Origin: Octopus sinensis
Lineage: Eukaryota
Length of the DNA: 64,000 nt
Assembly (NCBI RefSeq): GCF_006345805.1
Contig: NC_042998.1
Location: 63,984,001 to 64,048,000 of the forward strand
Direction: 5' to 3'
How positions within the stretch are numbered: the stretch's first letter is position 1; each line of letters opens with the position of its first letter. The notes beneath the pieces are model-generated. The model saw only the letters and a list, made by a program, of their open reading frames with translations, was not told the DNA's origin and did no database searches. Positions 53,013-64,000 of this stretch are shown piece by piece. The position numbers and the translations under genes are program-made.

Positions 53013-53854
53013 CGTTTTCTTAGCACTGATTATAACATATTAACGTTAAAGAACTCTAAATATATACTAATATAATTTTCCGAAAGATAATAATGCATCA
53101 ATTTCTGAAATATTTCAAATTAAATGCAAAGATATATATATATAAATTTGATAAAACAAGATCCAGCAGAAATACGTTTTAAAGCAAAATAAGAAATGCT
53201 CTTTAGAGTTCTAAAATTTTATTTCTTTTGAAGCTCGAAATTCAGAAGCCTGCTCTGGAACCTAAGAGTTACAAAGGCGAGTATAGATTGTAAACAGGAA
53301 TTAATAATAATTAATGTATAAGGATTTGGATAAAAAACAAAGATGCTGTGAGAAATAATCAATAATTTCTAGTTTTACTCATTGCAAGGAGTAAAATGGA
53401 AAATAAGAAATTAGCTATGAAAATGTTAACATCATCAATAACAATACAAAAACTAAATATCATAATCATAATCATAATAATCATCTTCATTTCCCATAAT
53501 CATAAACAACCTGAAAAAGTGACAAATCAGCCAACAGCATTAAGAAACAACGAAGCACATAAAAAAATGTGTCCACATACATTATTGACAATGTCGTACA
53601 CATTTCAGGAATGCAAATGTGAAGTTAGCGGTGATACAGGATGCTGGAAGAAAATGTTGAAGACTTGATACATTAAGAGAAACTTCAACAAGCAATAACA
53701 TTAACAACCCTTAAAATTAATGCTTCTGACTTGGGAACAGCGACATTTGTTCTACGGTGCGTGTGATATTAGGATCGAAGTCATAACTTGACCGGCAATT
53801 TGATTTTTTAAAACTCGGGCGATTTAAAGTTGAAGTTGATATCGACGGGATTTC

Positions 53855-54020
53855 TACTCTAAAGAGCTGGAAGGACACCAAGAATAATTTCTGCTATAGT
53901 GGAGAACAGGTACTTATTTCCTCGACCCGGAAAGAAACGAGAGCAAGATCGATTTCAGCTGAATTTAAACTCAGAACAAAAGGGTGGACGAGAAGTTGCT
54001 GAGTATATTGCTCGACTCAC
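53855..54020 (-). mobile_element. Degenerate SINE family B
   Basis: caggtacttatttcctcgacccggaaag...gctgaatttaaactcagaac. Confidence 0.6.
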
Positions 54021-54065
54021 CAGCTTCATGATGTTGATTATGAGGATTATGATGATGATGGTGAT

Positions 54066-54985
54066 GAAGCAGATAGAAAAGACGGGCTATAAGTACTTGA
54101 AGATATTTGAAATGGATATATTGATGGAGAAAGAAATTACAGAAAAAATTAAGATGGAGTAACTGCGCAGAGTGAGATCGATCCTTAAATCGAAATTAAA
54201 CGGACAGAATAAGATTGAAGCTATCAACACCTGGCGATTTCACAACTTATATATAGAGCATGTAAGTAGACGAACTAAACAGCTTAGACGGAAATACAAG
54301 GAAGCTGGTGACGAGATATGTGATACTCCACCCAAAAGGTGACACAGACATACTTTATGTACCAAGAAAAACAAGGGGAAGAGGACTGATTGGATGCGAA
54401 CACAGCATTAGAGCAGAAGAAAACACGGTACGTAAAAAATGTCACACAACCACCATTTTTAGAAGTAAGTAGGTCAGGCGTGTATAGGATGGAAGATTGC
54501 AGTAATAAAGCACTCTACAAACATTTCAGAATGAACGGAATTGAAAATGATTAGATAAAGAAAAGAATGCTTGGAAAATTTCATAGGGAAGTTAAAGATG
54601 AGACGGGCACAGAAAAGAAGATGGCTATGGGTGAATAAACGGGATTTAAAACTGGAAACGGAGGCTCTAATCGGTACTGCCCAAGAACAAGCGTTAAGTT
54701 CCAATTACATCAAAATCAGGATAGATAACAAAGCATGCAGAGATAAGTGCAGAATTTGTGGACAAAATGGTGAAAACGTATGGCATATTACCAGTGAATG
54801 CACACCACTAGACCAGAAGAAATATAAGAGGCGTGATGACAACATAGCAAGGATAGATCATTGATCACTTTGCAATAAGTATGGACTTGATAGAGCAAAA
54901 AAAGTAGTACGAATATAAATCCAAATCATCATCGAAAGAGATTAATGCAAAAATCCTATGGGATTTTATGATTCAGTGCGACCAC

Positions 54986-55020
<35 letters not shown>

Positions 55021-55447
55021 AGGGAGAGAGAGAGAGAGAGAAGGGGGTACCAGACGTAGTGTTAATTAAGAAAGAAAGCAAAGGATGGTGGATCATACAT
55101 ATAGTATGCACAGCTGACAACAAGTTATGCGATAAGGAAGACAGAAAAATCGAGAGATATAACAGGTTGACTTGGGAAGTTAAGCAGTTGTGGTCGATGA
55201 AAAATGTGGTAGTAGTACCAATAATAGTCGGAGCCCTCGGAACAGTGATTAAAAATCTTGAGAAGTACACGGAACGAACAGGGGCTGGAATAAGTGTGGA
55301 GCACTTGCAGAAAACAGCAATACTTGGAACCGCTCGAATACACCGGAAGGTGCTCGAAAAATAAGAGGTGTTACCTTTGTTCACTGGTAGTGAACAGCTG
55401 ACACAGTAGTACAACTCCAGTGATAGAAGCTGTGAAAAGACAATGAG
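54066..55447 (+). mobile_element. 5'-truncated R4/Dong-like non-LTR retrotransposon (RT C-terminus, CCHC, restriction-like endonuclease)
   Basis: GYKYL...RRVRSILKSKLNG.NKIEAINTW...LHPKGDTDILYVPRK.RGRGL...ETEALIGTAQEQAL...KCRICGQNGENVWHITSEC...ILWDF.IQCDH...PD...VVPIIVGALG...LQKTAILGTARI; directly followed by (AAT)n. Confidence 0.9.
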
Positions 55448-55515
<68 letters not shown>

Positions 55516-55578
55516 TAATAATAGTAATAATAATAATAATAATAGTAATAATAATAATATAATAATATAATAATAATA

Positions 55579-55627
<49 letters not shown>

Positions 55628-55645
55628 GTAATAATAATAATAATA

Positions 55646-55684
<39 letters not shown>

Positions 55685-55712
55685 TAATAATAATAATAAT
55701 AATAATAATATG
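55448..55712. repeat. (AAT)n microsatellite, about 265 bp
   Basis: Directly visible. Confidence 0.97.
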
Positions 55713-56213
55713 AATAATACTAATATGTATAATAATTCAATAACTGGAAGTGTTATCATGTGAATTGTACTGGCTTGGTATAAGAGATAGGCTACAACAA
55801 ATATTCTGCTCAGTACCACAGATTTGCTTGTCAGTTGTTTGACCATAACCATTTAAGCATGTCCCTTAGTGGCTGACGATATGTCCATCTCTGATCACGA
55901 ACAGAAGTAGTGGGGTGCAGCATAGCCATGAGTTGAGGGGAATTATTTGGGTTTGAACAATTCACACATGGAAACATGTATATTTCCGTCAACACCCTTA
56001 AACAACCCTTATTTAGGGATTTATTTTTAGCGGGATGGGCTAATCAACTTCTTGAAAATTATAACTGAGCCCTCATTCACTGTTTCTCTTGATATGAGAT
56101 CTCAACGTCACGCATATACGGTTATGATGCATGTATCTAGTGTACGCTTTTCAGACGGATATTCATGCTGGGCTTCGTAAATTTTACCCCATTGTCGCTT
56201 TGATGGCCTGCAC

Positions 56214-56247
<34 letters not shown>

Positions 56248-56364
56248 AACAACATCAAAAGCAATATCGTCATCATTAAGAACAATAACAATAACAATAA
56301 TAATAACAATAATAATAATAATGATAATAGTAATAATAATGATAAATTATATAAAATAAACAGG

Positions 56365-56790
56365 AATAAAGTGCCACGTAGAACTGTTACAAAAGGTTTG
56401 CCTCTAAGGCACGGCCAGAATAATGAGGAATACATTAGATATCTGAAAAGAATGGATAGCATGGCACTGTTAGCGGCAGGTACAAAGCCTGCTACGCATG
56501 CAAGACTCCGGAAACACCAACAAAGCTTGTGATAAAAAGAAATAATAATAATAACACAAATTGGAGGACTCCACCCAAGTGTAGGAGTAGCAAGAATATA
56601 TACATCTAGGAAGGAAGGTGAAAGAGGGCTGATATCAGTGGAAGGCTGCATGGAGTAGGTATAGACTCCTATGTAGGTAATAGTGAAGAAAGTTTATTAA
56701 AAGCTGCTAGAATCACAGAAAGACATAGGAAAACGAGAAAAAAAGAACAGAAATTATCTGATTCGCAGTAAAAGGCATTGCATGATAGAT
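56365..56790 (+). mobile_element. Rearranged R4/Dong-like fragments
   Basis: PVELLQKVCL*GTARIMR (3' end) followed by GGLHPSVGVARIYTSRKEGERGLISVEGC; preceded by an (AAC/AAT)n tract at 56245-56345. Confidence 0.75.
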
Positions 56791-57349
56791 TTTGCCGCCG
56801 GTGTATCAGATGAGGGGACATTACAAGTAGTGTTTACACTTAATGTGGGAAGTTACACAAAAGATCAGGGGAAAAGGGAGGAGTAAAAATATATTTAGTA
56901 TATAAAATGTAAGACATTTATGATGCAGTCCTCCAGGTACAGAAGCAGTTCTACTTTCAGTTAATCAATAACTCACTGACCCAGGATCACTTTTGGTCAC
57001 CGCAACGATTTTACCACAAATAGTTGGTTCTAACTTAGGTAAATAGGCAGAAGTCTTGCAAAAACTGGCTTATGAATAACCAGTAACATAATAACATAAA
57101 AGCATGAGGGAAGTTGTATCTCAACTTACTTAAACACCATGGAAATTTGTTAAGATATCTGGTGCGTGAATATTCAACAGAACAATTAAAGAAAAACTGT
57201 TCTATATTTTAAAATGAAATGGGATATATGCGAGACCGGCCCTAGTGTTACTGGCGACCTGGGCCAGCTGAACGTCGGTGACTTTACAAGTATAATTTTT
57301 TAAGACCTTCACAAGTGAAAAACTGAAAATGTAGACTAAAAATCCCATG

Positions 57350-58535
57350 GCGCCCCGGATGACTGCCCGAGTTGCTGGTATCTTGAGCCGGCTCTGGAAA
57401 TATGAGAATACAAGAGATTTACAAATGTTACGGAAGAAAACGTAACTAGAAAGATATATAAACTGATATGAAATTTGAAAGTATCTAGTTCGAGCGGTTT
57501 TCAGTGAATCTTCTTAAAAATCTCCTAAATCATGCTCAAAGATGTACAAGAATTTCTCACTGATTGTGGTGAAAATAAAACACATTTGTCAACGAACAAA
57601 TGTTGATAGTAAAGGGTAAATAAATAAGAAGTGAGCAATTATGATATTATACGTATATAGTATACATCCTAGAGATGGAGAAGCTGTTAGAAGAGCTGAA
57701 CGGAAATAATTCATTTTGAGTTATCATCAGTCGGACAGGCATATTTCAGGATGATCAACTCTTCGCATTATTTTTGTGTCTGTGTTGATTACTTTGAAAC
57801 CAGTAATGAACAATCCTATAGATGATTATGAGCATTCTAACATTAGGTAGCAACTGAAATATTTACTCTATACCCGGAATCTCCAGTTAAAATAGTAAAG
57901 ATATTGAGTAGAATATTGGGATGGGATTCGGGATAGATAACTCTGCGGTATTAATTATGAAGAAATATCGAATGATTAAATCATATGGATGAAGATACCA
58001 CCTGCTGATATTGATTAAGTAAAAGGGAACGGTGTACCGATGGGTACCGTAGGATAAGAACTTAATGGAAAAGAGAAAGTCGCTAAAAATAGAAATGTTA
58101 GAAAGGTGCCAAATGCATTCCATATCCTTAAGGTATTCTATATTTGACTTCACTAGCACCGAGATACTTTGATAATTTTAAAAGTGGGAAGCAAAGAGCT
58201 ACTGGATTAATATAGAAATATTAGGACGTTGCGCAGTGTAGCACACATACTAACCTAAATATATGACATCGCTAATAGAAGGGGACGAGTGAGTGCAAGA
58301 GTTTCACTGCCGACGAATTGATTGACGTGATATGCAACCTCTTTTCATGGTAGTAAGTTTTGCTGTTGGATGCAAACACTCTCATAGACAGACGTGCAGG
58401 TGGAAAGAATGAGCGAGAGAGAGAGAAAGAGATAGGGAGGGAGGGAGAAATATTACAACGGATACATTGAACATAAATGTCAAAAACACCGTCCCTCTCC
58501 TCTTACACATAGAAAACTATGCTCACACGTATGAA

Positions 58536-58592
<57 letters not shown>

Positions 58593-59075
58593 AGAGAGAG
58601 AGGAAGAGGAACAGAGTAGAAATAGGGTGGATGAAGAGAGAGGACGAAGTGAAAGAACAAAAGTAACAAAAAACGTTTGATGTCAAATAATTCTGCGTCG
58701 AGTGGGCGGCACAAAATCGGCTGTGCCAAAATATCTCATATCCCATCGACAGGCCGTATTCCCAAGACGAGAAGGAATGAGTAGTTAATTAAATGCCGAA
58801 AACACACCCCGTGTTGTTATTTGGATGCGAATATCACAGAGATGTGCACAGAGATGGAGAACTATCATCGGCAGCTAGAAATATCGGAAGAGATATCAAG
58901 GTCAGAGAAAACTTTCCAGAATAAGAAAGGGGCAAAAGCCCTAACCATCTTGTAAGCAACTGCCGGAAGGAAGCACAATATGATTAACTAAATGCATGGT
59001 AATTTCGTTAAAAGAATGCATTGGAATGTTAGTCAATATGTGGATTTGGAGTGACGGCACAGTAATATAAACAGT
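57350..59075 (+). mobile_element. Highly degenerate R4/Dong-like element, interrupted by (GA)n
   Basis: GIFQDDQL (for GIFQGDSL) at about 57715; IGMGFGIDNSAVLIMKK at about 57915; NHLVSNCRK...HGNFVKRMHWN at about 58945-59030. Confidence 0.6.
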
Positions 59076-60180
59076 TTCATATTATTATTATTATGATATT
59101 GTAATTGCTGTCCTCCAAGACAGCTCGAGGTGGTGGTGGTGGTGAATAATAATTACGGGATTTTGTGAAATTTCTCGATTGAGAGACTGCTTGTACTATT
59201 AGAGCAAGGATTGATTGTGGAGAGGAGAAATAAGCAGTTTCAGATACTCACATTCCTGTATGTTGAGTAGATATGCAAGAAAGTGAACAAACAAAAAATA
59301 AGAAGGGAGCGAGAGAAACAAAAAGAAAAAAGAGGAAACATCAGGCAGAGGGAGAGAGAGAGAGAGAGAATCGGAAACAATAGAGATGCGAAAATTCTTC
59401 CTCTGGTAATTATTGCACGCGGCACGGCGGCTAACCAGTTGCCAATGAGGTAAAATTATATCGGTATTGAGACTCATATTTTCAGCCTGCATTGTGCCAT
59501 CATTGATTCTGCATACAACTTAAGAAAGATTCTTGAAATTTGAAGTGTTATATTGCCACAAAGCACCTATGTAATACACCAGGGAACTAAAATGACATAT
59601 AATAGTTTTATTCTTTTGGAATAATACTATTAATAATAATGCTGTAATATAGTCTTAAGATGGTGATAATTATGGAAGCAACCGATGTATGCTCTAACGA
59701 TCACTATGTCGATGCTTACGCCGTCTCTGAAACCGACGGTTAAATTAACCCACTGTTACTTCAGCTCCTTATAAATGAGGCACAGAAATGAAGCTAGAAA
59801 CAATGAGAGGGATACGTAGCAGGAGTTGGGGTGGGATAGAATAAAATACAGTTATTGTATTTAGTAAATGCTAAGTACGTCTATGATCGTTAATTTTATT
59901 TCGATTGGTGCATACACTTCGATCACTGAGAATACCCTCTTGAACTGGGCTGTTATAATTCGGTCACTTACAACTCTCTCCCCTATTAGCTCTTTAGCTA
60001 ACATAACGTCAAGTATTGGCCCTACAAGATGGATGTGTTGGTCCTTCTGGTCGAATACAATATTTTTTACATTTGACGGATATTTGTCCTTATCTTGTTT
60101 GTTGTTAGCAAAACGTCTCGATTGATATACCTTAGGTTCTCACTCCTAAGGTATTTTTCGATGTTATTATTATTAATAAT

Positions 60181-60256
60181 GAGGTCACTGCTTGGAATCG
60201 AACTCGGAATCTTGGTATTAGTAGCTCGCGTTCTTAACCACTAAACTATATACCCG
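60181..60256 (-). mobile_element. tRNA-like module with A and B boxes followed by an (AAT)-rich tail; not a functional tRNA
   Basis: tagtttagtgg (A box), gagttcgattcc (B box); acceptor stem not intact. Confidence 0.65.
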
Positions 60257-60329
60257 TGGGCAATTATGGAGTGAATTTTAGGGTTTATAAATCTAATATA
60301 TTTCTATCCTTCCTTAATACCGGTTCCCA

Positions 60330-60720
60330 TATGTCACTGGAGATCTTCCCGCTTTTAGTCAAGTGCATTTCACTTACTGACAGAATAGTCAGGTGGTAGA
60401 GATCAAATTCACGAATTATCTGGTACAATCTTCCACACTGGTAGAGAGTTCGATAAATCCTCTCGGACGCTCAGAATCAAACTATTCTTCACAGGCTGGG
60501 CAACCCTTCGGCTTTATAACGGTCCCGTCTTAATTTTGAGAGAGAGAGAGAGCCTTCCTCTCAAGTCGGTTGTTGTACACACATTTTCATGTTTTTTTTC
60601 AACGATTGTAGCTTACCCGACAAGAGTGTTTTCTTCAGTGGTTTTGATGACAGCTCGCTAATCCTTCTCTTGCAGCCTGGCTTATAGGTCACTTTCATGG
60701 ACAGAGTCCACAAACTCTGA
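60330..60720 (-). mobile_element. RTE-like LINE 5'/endonuclease fragment
   Basis: IIREFDLYHLTILSVSEMHLTKSGKI resembles the N-terminus of RTE APE domains. Confidence 0.55.
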
Positions 60721-60729
60721 ACAAAAAAA

Positions 60730-60950
60730 AATCACTCTGCATAATTGCAAGACATTTTGGTGGAAATAAGTGTGAGGCAGCCAAGATGGAGAAAATGTAA
60801 GACAGCTATGTAATATGTACTACCCGAAGTATGACGGAAGAGAGGAAAAACCAAGAAGACGTGGACAGCATCATTGAAATATCTAAAGCAGCTTGGAAAA
60901 AAGCTGGCAACTGCGCTCAAAACTGATTATTTGAGACATTTTTGTACCCG
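60730..60950 (+). mobile_element. RTE-like LINE 3' fragment
   Basis: RG.KPR.TW...KYLKQLG resembles the RGRP..TW motif at the RTE C-terminus (frameshifted). Confidence 0.45.
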
Positions 60951-61877
60951 ATGTAGAGGACAGCTGTACGACAAGAACTTAGAACATGTCTACAGGCGTA
61001 TGTAAAATTGGAATTGGGTCTCGGAATTTGCAACATACAAGCTTTAATCTCATATACATCTTTGCAGTTCATTGGACATTGTAGGTGATCTGGTATTTCA
61101 AATGTAAGATCAAATAGTTTTTCCTTCCTTACTATGATTATGCATTCGTCAGGGGAAAATCACCAATGAAGATAAAAGACTGAACTAGAATGGAAACCCC
61201 TTGTGTACTATTGAATGTAAATACGTCAATGAGAACTCTCAACTCTTATATTCCTTCCCAAATCAGTACTATAATCGGTATTTCAGACTATGAATGATTC
61301 TAAATTGTACGGTTTCGTTATGTGGTATAACTGGATGATGTACAACTATTTACAAAGAACACTGTTCCAAAGTAGAAACCACTAAACAAAGTTCATGAAT
61401 TCTGTTGTGAAATTCAAGTATGAGACAAGACTAATATGTCAAATAAACTCCAATATGAGGGAAACTAATGGAAATTGACAATATTAAATTATATTCCTAA
61501 ACTGAAATAGAATAATTAAATAGGAACCAGTCATACGCAAATATTGGAGATGCTGCAGCGGATCTGACTCGACAGATATATCTAAAAGGGAATATAAGAA
61601 ACAAACCATAGATGAATTTGATTAATTCTGAACACAGAAATTAATGCTAGGAATAATATAAGAGTTTAGCAATCCCAGTAATAAAATATAGTTCTAATAT
61701 AATAAATGGGATGTTTAAGAGTTTAGTCTAGATAATCATAAATAAAAATCTGGCAATGAAATATGAAACCGGTATGCAAACATACTTACATATACATACA
61801 TATTTTGGAAAGAAATCTTAAAACAAAACTGAATAATGACGTACACCCAACCCCCACCACCCGGCAGCACCCAAGCT

Positions 61878-62283
61878 CTTTACTCTCTTTACTCTTTTAC
61901 TTCTATCAACCATTTGATTGCGGCCATGATGGAGCACCGCCTTTAGTCGAGCAAATCGACCCCAGGACTTATTCTTTGTAAGCCTAGTACTTATTCTATC
62001 GGTCTTTTTTGCCGAACCGCTAAGTTATGGGGACATGAACACACTAGCATCGGTTGTCAAGCGATGTTGGGAGGACAAACACAGACACACAAACGCACAC
62101 ACATATATATACATATACACGACAGGCTTCTTTCAGTTTCCGTCAACCAAATCCACTCACAAGGCTTTGGTGGGCCCGAGGCTATAGTAGAAGAAACTTG
62201 CTCAAAGTGCTACGCTGTGGGACTGAACCCCAACCATGTGGTTGATAAGCAAGCTACTTACCACACAGCCACTCCTGCGCCTG
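61878..62283 (-). mobile_element. SINE family A, full length
   Basis: Head ...cttaccacacagccactcctgcgcct at 62257-62283; tail ccatttgattgcggccatgatggagcac followed by (tactcttt)n. Confidence 0.92.
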
Positions 62284-62656
62284 CTAATGAGATATTTTAT
62301 AAAATAGAAGGAAACATTACGTATAGCTACATTTGTTTAGGTCTAATGCTTAGAAATTAAAAAAAAGTATGAGAAGTTATACTTAAATGGGAACAATAAT
62401 ATTTTAATATATGGAGACAAACAAGATCATTGGCAATGAAGATACCTTGATCACGCAATAAAAAGATTTGTTAGCGTTAACGATAACTCATGGTAAAATC
62501 ATCAGATATTTGAAAGGAAATTCAAATTGATTGAAATGTTATAAGGAGTTTGCCGATGTGAAATGAAAGGAAATTTCGAATGTATTGTGAAAATGCGGTT
62601 GTCATAATACATTAATAATGCGTATAAATATATGAAAGTAAAGAATTATATGATAA

Positions 62657-62745
62657 ACTGGCACTCCGGCGGTTACGACGATGAGTTCCAACTGATCCGA
62701 TCAACGGAAAAGCTTGCTCATGAAATTAACGTTTAGGTGGCTAAG
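62657..62745 (-). mobile_element. SINE family C 3' fragment
   Basis: Reverse complement of 48000-48075. Confidence 0.8.
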
Positions 62746-62751
62746 CATTAT

Positions 62752-62985
62752 ACCTATTTCATTACTACCCACAAGGGGCTAACCACAGAGGGGTCAAACA
62801 AGGACAGAGAAACGGATTAAGTCGATTACATCGACCCCAGTGCGTAACTGGTGCTTAATTTATCGACCCCGAAAGGATGAAAGGCAAAGTCGACCTCGGC
62901 GGAATTTGAACTCAGAACTCAATGACAGACGAAATACGGCTACGCATTTCGCCCGGAGTGCTAACGGTTCTGCCAGCTCGCTAAG
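62752..62985 (-). mobile_element. SINE family B
   Basis: Close match to the reverse complement of 40371-40572. Confidence 0.9.
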
Positions 62986-63334
62986 CATTATACCGACACA
63001 CATAACCTTCAAGTAGTTCTGAGGGAGATATAGCGTGATCAGAATGTGATGGGGTTGGTTTTCTTGAATTACATATACCACTCATTTTCCCCAGTTCAGT
63101 AGATTGTACAACGCGAAATAAAGTCTGCCTCTCAAAGACAGACCACACCCCTGAGAATCGAACGTACACCAAACGATCGTGAGCTGAATACTCTAATTCA
63201 GCCTTTCCATGAATTATAAGATAGGTTCACGAACAAAAAAGAATATTTAGCTAAGGCACAAAACTTAAGAAAATGAATAACAATAGGAAAACATGAAAAA
63301 GGTACAACGAAAATGTAACTAGACTATAGTCTTT

Positions 63335-64000
63335 TCTACTCTAGACAGACGCCCTGAAATTTTGGGGGAGATGGCCAGTCGATTAGATCGACTCCAGTGC
63401 TCAAATGGTACTTAATTCATTGACACCGAAATGATGAATGGCAAAATCGACCGAAGCGGAATTTGAACTCAGAACGTAATGACAGACGAAATATCGCAAA
63501 TCAGTTCGCGCGGAGTGCTAACGTTTCTTATTTCTTTATTGCCCACAAGGGGCTACACATAGAGGGGACAAACAAGGACAGACAAATTATATCGACTCCA
63601 GTACGTAGCTGGTGCTTAATTTATCGGCCCCTCGGTGAAATTTGAACTTAGAACGTAACTGGAGACGAAATACCGCTAAGCTTTCGCGCCCGGCATGCTA
63701 AGTTTTCTGCCAGCTTGCCGTCTTGTAAGTAGACTATATTTATTTCTTTATTGCCCTGAAGAGGCTAAACATAGAGGGGACAGTCAGGGACGGACGAAGG
63801 GTTTAAGTCGATTAGATCGGCCTGACTCAACCCCAGTGCGCAACAGCTACTTAATTTATCGACCCCGAAAGGATGAAAGGCAAAGTTGACCTCGGTGAAA
63901 TTTGAACTCAGAACATAAAGACAGACGAAATATCGTAAAGCATTTCGCCCGGCGTGCCAACGTTTCTGCCAGTTCACCGTCTTGTGACTAGACTATATTA
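63335..64000 (-). mobile_element. Three head-to-tail SINE family B copies
   Basis: Units about 63338-63527, 63528-63737 and 63738-64000, each with an aatttgaact core. Confidence 0.88.

Noticed and set aside
54956-55852. 298-aa poly-Tyr/Leu/Ile ORF
   Set aside because: Antisense translation of the (AAT)n array and the Dong element.

Overview
AT-rich eukaryotic DNA packed with (TA)n, (CA)n, (GA)n, (AGAT)n and (AAT)n microsatellites and decayed transposable elements. The SINE families and repeat landscape look like an octopus (coleoid cephalopod) genome; this is an inference, not a database match. I cannot support any intact host protein-coding gene, and most ORFs in the supplied track are translations of microsatellites or broken transposon frames. 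Recognisable content: six IS630-Tc1-mariner elements (cecropia-like, a tandemly duplicated irritans-like copy, a DD37D maT, two internally deleted derivatives); a non-autonomous Helitron; a 5'-truncated CR1-group LINE with only two stops; R4/Dong-like RLE LINE relics beside (AAT)n; an L1/Tx1-like relic inserted into a SINE head; RTE scraps; several Penelope-like (PLE, GIY-YIG) relics in inverted arrangements; and three tRNA-derived SINE families. Signals that go beyond these labels: (1) six type I hammerhead-ribozyme-like motifs, including a canonical-core one inside a 546-bp hairpin-rich unit bounded by 111-bp direct repeats (retrozyme-like) and a U3:A8 compensatory core variant; (2) a 3' stem-loop shared by the CR1-like LINE and the commonest SINE, with three covarying base pairs; (3) long fold-back repeats and TA-array-bounded tandem duplications. 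All alignments, counts and RNA folds were done by eye and need computational confirmation.
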